The position numbers were made by a program, and so were the translations under genes. Under the pieces are notes generated by a model. It searched no databases, was not told where the DNA came from, and was given only the letters and a program-made list of their open reading frames with translations. 64,000 nucleotides of DNA from an uncultured virus (IMG/VR IMGVR_UViG_3300048930_001385) (taxonomy: Duplodnaviria > Heunggongvirae > Uroviricota > Caudoviricetes): IMG/VR virus record IMGVR_UViG_3300048930_001385; one strand, 5' to 3'. Positions 58,667-64,000 of this stretch are shown here, piece after piece; positions within the stretch are counted from its first letter, which is position 1, and every line of letters begins with the position of its first letter.

Positions 58667-59055
58667 CTATGGACGTTTTACCTTCAGGAGGGAATACTGA
58701 GTACCGCCAAGCCATTCACCCGGCCAGCCACTAACGGGAGGTGCTTCTGCGTCCCAGGACTCTGCCCATGCTCGTAACGAGCGAATAGCCAACTTGTCTA
58801 GTCGGCGTATTGCCTGGCCTTCGTTCACAAATAATTTTTCATCCTCATTCGTGGCGCTGTGAACAAGAGACACGGGAGGAACCTTCTTGTCCTTGTGGAG
58901 AGAATACAGGACTTCTGGGGAGTGCAAAAGCAAGTAAATAAAAGAATGCCAGGAGCATCCAACGGTGAGGCTATTCTTCTGATCTCCAGCAGCGTTTGAT
59001 AAGTAATAACTCCGTGCGAATAGCCCGGTAAGATAGCGTGCTCTGACATCCCCAA
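58667..59055 (-). pseudogene. Possibly frameshifted, divergent member of the ..LR.W paralog family
   Basis: Two overlapping ORFs (58825..59055 and 58667..58933); AIRSLRAWAESW end. Confidence 0.35.
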
Positions 59056-59138
59056 TACCGCGTAGGGCTCCTATAGCTCATGATAGAGGGCTTGGGCTGG
59101 CGTAGGGCTATCAAGTACAGTCTCAGGGGCGAGCTTCA

Positions 59139-59519
59139 TTAATTATCCTCTCCATACTTACGCGCAACCTGACAAAGACCACAGTCATCGTCACCGTGTT
59201 GGTGGTAATGGGCCATTACAGCTGCCTTATAATCATCCCGCTCTGCCCGAACACAGGTGGGGCAGTTTTCTTGCGACATGTCTGAGCGGCGCATAATCGT
59301 CACATAGGGACAGTCCTTGCGCTCGTGCCTCCAGCCCTTATCAAATGGCTGAATTGAACTATAGGCTCCTGGGCCGTAATCGTCAACGCGAGAGTACCAC
59401 TGGTGGCCATTATCCGCGTCCAGGTGTCCGCCCGCATGACCAGCTGGCAGTGTACACTGTCCATAAGACTCTGATTCTGAGCCTGCGTTATCGCCACATA
59501 TCTGCTGGAGAGAATTCAT
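59139..59519 (-). CDS. Cys/His-rich hypothetical protein
   Basis: CTLPAGHAGGH and CxxC motifs. Confidence 0.65.
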   Translation of the reverse strand: MNSLQQICGDNAGSESESYGQCTLPAGHAGGHLDADNGHQWYSRVDDYGPGAYSSIQPFDKGWRHERKDCPYVTIMRRSDMSQENCPTCVRAERDDYKAAVMAHYHQHGDDDCGLCQVARKYGEDN

Positions 59520-59578
59520 ACCCTCGGTGTATCGGCAAGCTCAGAAGAATACTTGAGGCCAGGTGCTGGCCCGTGAGG

Positions 59579-59887
59579 TCAGTTATCCCCTTCAAGCCGC
59601 TTGATCGTTTCCTCGCGCATGCGCCTAGCCTGATCAAGAAGATCGTCTGCTTTGCTTGCCGCCTCGCCACTTGTTTCAGTGGGCCCGTCGGGTAAGTGAT
59701 TACCATGCCAGGTTTCTTGACTCGTGATATGAGCACCCTTGCAGTGGTCACACTCGTATGCCCGTGTAGGAAGGTCACTTGAGTTTGGGTGGTGATACTG
59801 AATCGTTTTAATCGCTTCTTTGGCCTGAGCTAAGTCATGGTAACGACGTTTGCCGTCACAACCATACCGTATCAGACTACCCTCCAT
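59579..59887 (-). CDS. hypothetical Zn-binding protein
   Basis: C.GKRRY...A...RAYECDHC.G.HITS. Confidence 0.7.
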   Translation of the reverse strand: MEGSLIRYGCDGKRRYHDLAQAKEAIKTIQYHHPNSSDLPTRAYECDHCKGAHITSQETWHGNHLPDGPTETSGEAASKADDLLDQARRMREETIKRLEGDN

Positions 59888-59888
59888 A

Positions 59889-60095
59889 TTAATGGATGGA
59901 GTAATCGTTATCGCTAGTGATCAGTAGCGACCCAATCTCACCCGAGAGCGCACAGACCTTGAAATTGCCAGCGCCCACCTGCTCAGGCGTCTTGACGGTA
60001 TCTCCGTCAATGAGTGTCAGCTTCCCCTGCGCCAGCGCCTTGCGTGCCTGCGCGAGGCTCTCGGCAACTGTTCCGTTCACGTTCAGCTCGTACAT
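59889..60095 (-). CDS. hypothetical protein
   Basis: 68 aa; GAGG RBS. Confidence 0.55.
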   Translation of the reverse strand: MYELNVNGTVAESLAQARKALAQGKLTLIDGDTVKTPEQVGAGNFKVCALSGEIGSLLITSDNDYSIH

Positions 60096-60180
60096 GGTCT
60101 ACCTCTTTCGGTGGTTTGTTAAATCCTGCTCTTTGTATCGTCTTGAATGCTAGGTGTCTAAAGGCCAAAAGAGTGGCCTC

Positions 60181-60456
60181 TCAGCGATTGATTTTCACCA
60201 CTCCACTACCCTCGCAATAATCACACTTTTCGCTGCGCTCGTGTCCGTAATCGCAATCGCCGTATGCGCAGTTGCCGCAGTTATCAGGATCGCTAACTGT
60301 CCAGACTTCCCGGCCCGAGCCATTACACCCACCACATGGCTCTGTGAGAACAGATTCTCCCAGCCACTCCACTATTCGCAAGGCTAGGTTTGGCTCAACC
60401 TGATTGCTGGCTTCGTTGAGAAGTTCACGGGCTTGTTTTAATAAATTCTCACTCAT
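60181..60456 (-). CDS. small CxxCxGxG zinc-finger protein
   Basis: CGGCNGSG...CDYCEGSG. Confidence 0.65.
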   Translation of the reverse strand: MSENLLKQARELLNEASNQVEPNLALRIVEWLGESVLTEPCGGCNGSGREVWTVSDPDNCGNCAYGDCDYGHERSEKCDYCEGSGVVKINR

Positions 60457-60458
60457 TG

Positions 60459-60809
60459 TTACACCGTGAGACCAAGACGGCGCAGGGTCTCTTCCTGATA
60501 ATTATCTAGTTCGTCACTGTACTCCTCGGGATCGTCGCTCGTGGCCACGTCATCATACTGAACAGGGGCGCCATATCTGTCTGCACTCTCGAGCATCTGC
60601 CGGGTAGAAAAATCGCCCTGCCCAGCAATCTCTGGGGCCTCGTTCTCGCGGTAGATAATGTACTGTCCGTTGTCGTAAGAAACGATCATGCGCTTTCCAT
60701 TATCAGCCTCGCAGTAAAGGTCAAGAGCTTCATCACGAGGGTCGGCGAGCCAACACCCAAACCCGGTGAGAGCGTTACGCATATCGTCAATCATGTCTTC
60801 AGTGATCAT
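60459..60809 (-). CDS. acidic hypothetical protein
   Basis: 116 aa; GAGGAG RBS. Confidence 0.65.
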   Translation of the reverse strand: MITEDMIDDMRNALTGFGCWLADPRDEALDLYCEADNGKRMIVSYDNGQYIIYRENEAPEIAGQGDFSTRQMLESADRYGAPVQYDDVATSDDPEEYSDELDNYQEETLRRLGLTV

Positions 60810-60990
60810 AGCTACTCCTCACATGGATATAAGGGCTTTATCGGCAGGGTTTTCTTGAACATTAGGCCAAGTTCTTGGCCTAAGACCTACGACTCAGGGA
60901 AAGCTCACGGAAATTATGTTATGCCCTGAATCACATATCTACCAACCGCCCTTGAAGTTCTTAGCCAATTAGAGACCTAGGAATCTTTTA

Positions 60991-61032
60991 GGTTGATGCC
61001 GCAAAAAACCTAGGTATTTTGCGGCATCAACC
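60991..61032. repeat. 42-bp near-perfect palindrome
   Basis: GGTTGATGCCGCAAAAAACCT|AGGTATTTTGCGGCATCAACC, one mismatch. Confidence 0.85.
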
Positions 61033-61102
61033 CTATTTAGGAGTATTGGAGCACTTTAATAAGAACTCTGGCGCTGGTCTCTGATCGCGTTAGAGTATAG
61101 AC

Positions 61103-62263
61103 ATGCGTGAAAAGAATAAATTGATGTTATTTCATGCATGCATGACGACTGCAGGAGGGATGTACTTTATTGCCCTGCCTTTGCTAGCACTTCAGCTTGG
61201 CACTTCAGCCTCACAAGCAGCAGTGCTTATTGGAGTCGGTAGTTATCCAGCTCTCGCTCTTTCACCTTGGCTTGCAGCGCACGCGGACGCGGGAAGCCGT
61301 AGGCAGCTATTGCGCCTATCCTCTGTCCTGATGCTCTTCGCAACCCTGTCTGTCGGAGGAGCAGTATATCTTCCAGGTCCTGATCTGACATGGCTTGGGG
61401 CGGCCGCGACGTTTATCTCAGGGTCGCTATTAACTCACGGCGTAGGATTATTTTCATATATTGCTGAGCAGGCCAACTCTGAAGAACACCGACGAGCCAC
61501 TGCGAGTTACGATGCGATCAGCAAAGTGGCATCTATCGTGGGCACCGCACTCGGGGGACTGATCGCCGCAACAGGTCTGGTAGTGATCGGCCTGGCGATT
61601 GCCACGGTCACTGTTATCGCTAGTGTTCTTACGCTCAGAAACAAGATGATACCTCAGGAGCCGACGTATAGGACGCCTGCAGAGGCTTTTGGTAACGCCC
61701 TCCGGGTAATCTCTTCACAAGGTATGCGGAAGATAGTCCTTCTTGGATTCTTAGTGGTGCTTGCCTTCGCGCCAGCTAGTCGCTCGTTCTTGGCAGCCGT
61801 GCTGGTTGGTGTTCAAGGAGTATCTGAATTGCAGGTGACAGTGATATTCTCGGTAGCAGCTATCCTGGCAGCAGTCCTTTTGCAGGGTCTGAATAAAGCA
61901 GTCTTGAGCTCGTCAGAGAATATGGTCTTAATCGCAGCCCTCGCCATGTGCGCACTCGGGTATGGGTTACTCTTCACAGCTGGGAATATGATCTTGTTGA
62001 TTACAGTGTCGATTATGATTATGCAGATCGGATCGACTACAGTATTGTCACTATTGCGCGCAATTCGGCATGAGAAGGCTCCTGCCGATAGTAAGGGAGG
62101 AGTCACTGTCGGTAACGATCTGATAATGTGGACAGGAACGGCTACGGGAACATTGGCAGCAGGTCAAGCACTAACTGTTATGGGCATCGGAATTTATATT
62201 GTTTTCATTCCCCTGCTTGGCTTGTGCGCAATCATCGCTAGGACGCGTAAGCCAAAGTTATGA
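61103..62263 (+). CDS. MFS transporter
   Basis: 386 aa, ~12 TM segments, ADAGSRR motif-A-like loop; TAGAGT-N6-ATG. Confidence 0.8.
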   Translation: MREKNKLMLFHACMTTAGGMYFIALPLLALQLGTSASQAAVLIGVGSYPALALSPWLAAHADAGSRRQLLRLSSVLMLFATLSVGGAVYLPGPDLTWLGAAATFISGSLLTHGVGLFSYIAEQANSEEHRRATASYDAISKVASIVGTALGGLIAATGLVVIGLAIATVTVIASVLTLRNKMIPQEPTYRTPAEAFGNALRVISSQGMRKIVLLGFLVVLAFAPASRSFLAAVLVGVQGVSELQVTVIFSVAAILAAVLLQGLNKAVLSSSENMVLIAALAMCALGYGLLFTAGNMILLITVSIMIMQIGSTTVLSLLRAIRHEKAPADSKGGVTVGNDLIMWTGTATGTLAAGQALTVMGIGIYIVFIPLLGLCAIIARTRKPKL

Positions 62264-62671
62264 CTTGGCATCAGACAAGTAAACCGTGTAACCGATTCGC
62301 TCCCAGATATGAGGAAAGCTCTTGCGCGAAGCAAGAATAATTTCATCGTAGTTCATAACCGCTGGGTAGGCAAAGATAATATTAGATTGCGGGCGCTTGT
62401 CTGCACTACGGTCTTCCCAGGACACTGCAGTCCAGCCACCGCGCTGATGAAGGGCAGCCTCCCCTTCTCGCGTGGACGGGTTAAGGGCCGCATCCCACCT
62501 TGGCCACGGAAAACCCTCTGGTGGATAACGAAGCCGCATGTGCATCGTTTCGTCAAACCAGTAGTGGCCGAGTTCGCTGGCAGAGCGGCAGCCGAAGTAG
62601 TAACCTTTCGGCGTCAAGTCTGGTCGGTCTTCGAACGCCGAGAGGCCATCGTCAGCGCTGCGAAAGCACAA
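62258..62671 (-). CDS. hypothetical protein (start uncertain)
   Basis: YYFGC....GHYW...D..L.P...EG.A.LH...GWT.VSW.DRS.D.RP.SN. Confidence 0.6.
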   Translation of the reverse strand: MCFRSADDGLSAFEDRPDLTPKGYYFGCRSASELGHYWFDETMHMRLRYPPEGFPWPRWDAALNPSTREGEAALHQRGGWTAVSWEDRSADKRPQSNIIFAYPAVMNYDEIILASRKSFPHIWERIGYTVYLSDAKS

Positions 62672-62813
62672 CCGACACCAGCAATCAGCAGGAGGTCAGG
62701 AAGGAACAGGGTCATAACGGTGCCTGCGAGAGCGCCACCGAGGAATGTAGTTGGAGTAGTCATACTTGAGTTATCGGCGCAGGGAGAGGATCCTTGAGGA
62801 CACCTTGCTGGCC

Positions 62814-63101
62814 TTAAGGGAGAAGTTCCAATTCTGAATCATCCAAAAACCAGTCCCACTGACATCCAGTCTTTCCATCAATGTCCCACGGACGGTGCTC
62901 CATACGGGTGGCCTCACTCGGGTCAGAAACATCGTAGCTGATCATGACAGGGTTATAGAGTAGGCGGGTGTATTCAATGTAGGGAATTAAAGGGGAGCGC
63001 CGGTCGCGGGTAGCCCGGGCCACGTCAATGACTACCCCTTCATTACCCGTTGCAACAACACGGACCTTATCGCCGATCTTGAATTGTGTATCACGCGTCA
63101 T
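62814..63101 (-). CDS. hypothetical SH3/KOW-like protein
   Basis: FKIGDKVRV..TG.EGVV; AAGGAG RBS. Confidence 0.65.
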   Translation of the reverse strand: MTRDTQFKIGDKVRVVATGNEGVVIDVARATRDRRSPLIPYIEYTRLLYNPVMISYDVSDPSEATRMEHRPWDIDGKTGCQWDWFLDDSELELLP

Positions 63102-63115
63102 AATAGTTTTCTCCT

Positions 63116-63832
63116 TTAACCTATATAATGCTCGACGGCCCTTAGTCTTTCGCCATGCTCATCGTAGTAAATTTCATACTCACCATGCTCATCGTAGTAA
63201 ATTTCATACTCAATCTGACCATTGCGGTAGCGTTCAACGAGTACGGCGCCATCCGGATTAAAACGGATACCGTGCTGATACCATTCACTACGCTCCCATT
63301 CGCCGCAGGGAAGCGGCCTGCTTGTTCGCGCCGGACCATCTTCACGATGAAGAACACCATGTGTATACCATTCCTGGCTGGTAACTGGAGCGCCTTCTAC
63401 GTTGTATTGCTGAGCAAGGAAATAATCATACTTGATCCACGCGGGGCCATCCTCGCGGTGAAGGAATCCATGCTTACAGTACTTTTCCTCAATGACATTA
63501 CCTACCGGCGTTACAGTAATCCAGGCTGGTCCATCCTCGCGGTGCAGCTCGCCATTCTGAAGGTACTCGATAGTAAAGAGGCCGTTGGTTCCCCAAGACT
63601 GACGAAATACTCGTGCTGGACCGTTTTCGCGGTGCAACACACCCATCGTCCGCCACTCTGAGTAGTAAGCCTTGGGCACGCCTCCCCTGCCACCTTCTCC
63701 GCGCAAGAGGGCCGGCCCGTTCGTGCTGTGCAACACGTTGAGAACGGGGTCAATGACAGAGCGCTCGCCTCCCCCTGCGGGCCAATCGCTCGGGAACGGG
63801 TCGATGTAGTCAGCGACGTTGAGTCTATTCAT
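63116..63832 (-). CDS. MORN-like LHREDGPA repeat protein
   Basis: Five LH..(D/N)GPA units; leaderless ATG; 30-bp tandem duplication at 63151-63211. Confidence 0.8.
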   Translation of the reverse strand: MNRLNVADYIDPFPSDWPAGGGERSVIDPVLNVLHSTNGPALLRGEGGRGGVPKAYYSEWRTMGVLHRENGPARVFRQSWGTNGLFTIEYLQNGELHREDGPAWITVTPVGNVIEEKYCKHGFLHREDGPAWIKYDYFLAQQYNVEGAPVTSQEWYTHGVLHREDGPARTSRPLPCGEWERSEWYQHGIRFNPDGAVLVERYRNGQIEYEIYYDEHGEYEIYYDEHGERLRAVEHYIG

Positions 63833-64000
63833 ATAGGGTGTATCGGCAATCATAAGTGTAGGGTTAGGCCATTGCGTTAGCAGCAAGAAGCTGTTCTGCG
63901 CTTTCCAGCGCCCCGGCAAGGGCCAGGTCAATAACTGCCTGTACAGCTCGGACCCGTCCCTGACTCGAGGGAATCTCCACACGGTAGAAGGTCGCATCGT

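Larger units (their letters stand above)
4429..63882 (-). promoter_or_regulatory. Dispersed family (about 65-70 copies) of sigma28-type promoters with an upstream GGCC-N7/8-GGCC palindrome
   Basis: Plus-strand pattern TATCG(G/T)-N~18-(T/G/A)AGG(C/A)C-N7/8-GGCC, e.g. TATCG at 4429, 5489, 7787, 8005, 9326, 10558, 11749, 12489, 12822, 14704, 17414, 17985, 21685, 23804, 24475, 25978, 26795, 28961, 33316, 34314, 38119, 58085, 58554, 62772, 63841; always same orientation, at gene 5' ends. Confidence 0.88.

Noticed and set aside
1346..63661. Numerous plus-strand ORFs antisense to minus-strand genes (e.g. 1346..1882, 32213..32734, 33595..34188, 57087..57653)
   Set aside because: They shadow better-supported genes and lack an RBS, promoter or recognisable motifs.
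4429..63882. GGCC boxes as SfiI sites or classical integron attC sites
   Set aside because: The spacer is 7-8 nt (SfiI needs 5). There are no RYYYAAC/GTTRRRY ends or long attC hairpins, and the fixed distance to CGATA and ATG fits a promoter.

Overview
Accessory region of a large phage-like or other large mobile genome. It carries about 100 mostly short, mostly minus-strand ORFs, no structural or replication core genes, and frequent leaderless starts. Together with an LPXTG protein and a secreted polysaccharide deacetylase, this suggests an Actinomycetota host (inference). Main observations: (1) About 65-70 copies (hand count) of a minus-strand element GGCC-N7/8-G(G/T)CC-TCAAG-N~14-(G/A)CCGATA, a sigma28/FliA/WhiG-type promoter fused to a palindromic box, often exactly 8 nt upstream of an ATG. 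A second class of TANNNT-N6-ATG promoters serves other genes. (2) A 2-kb element with 23-bp terminal inverted repeats and an 8/9-bp target duplication. It encodes only a TnpB-like RuvC nuclease and splits an HD-domain hydrolase gene. (3) Several unusual non-coding RNAs: a stand-alone copy of the 23S rRNA GTPase-associated (L11-binding) centre, tRNA-like RNAs whose anticodon arm is replaced by a loop-E hairpin, a permuted YrlA-like RNA and a double tRNA with swapped acceptor strands. Normal tRNA-Lys and tRNA-Leu and an aberrant tRNA-fMet are also present. (4) Dispersed RNA-repair and nucleotide-processing enzymes. (5) An expanded family of about 9-10 HhH-motif paralogs and a shared N-terminal MSRGR tag. 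All functional calls come from visual motif recognition; no searches were run.
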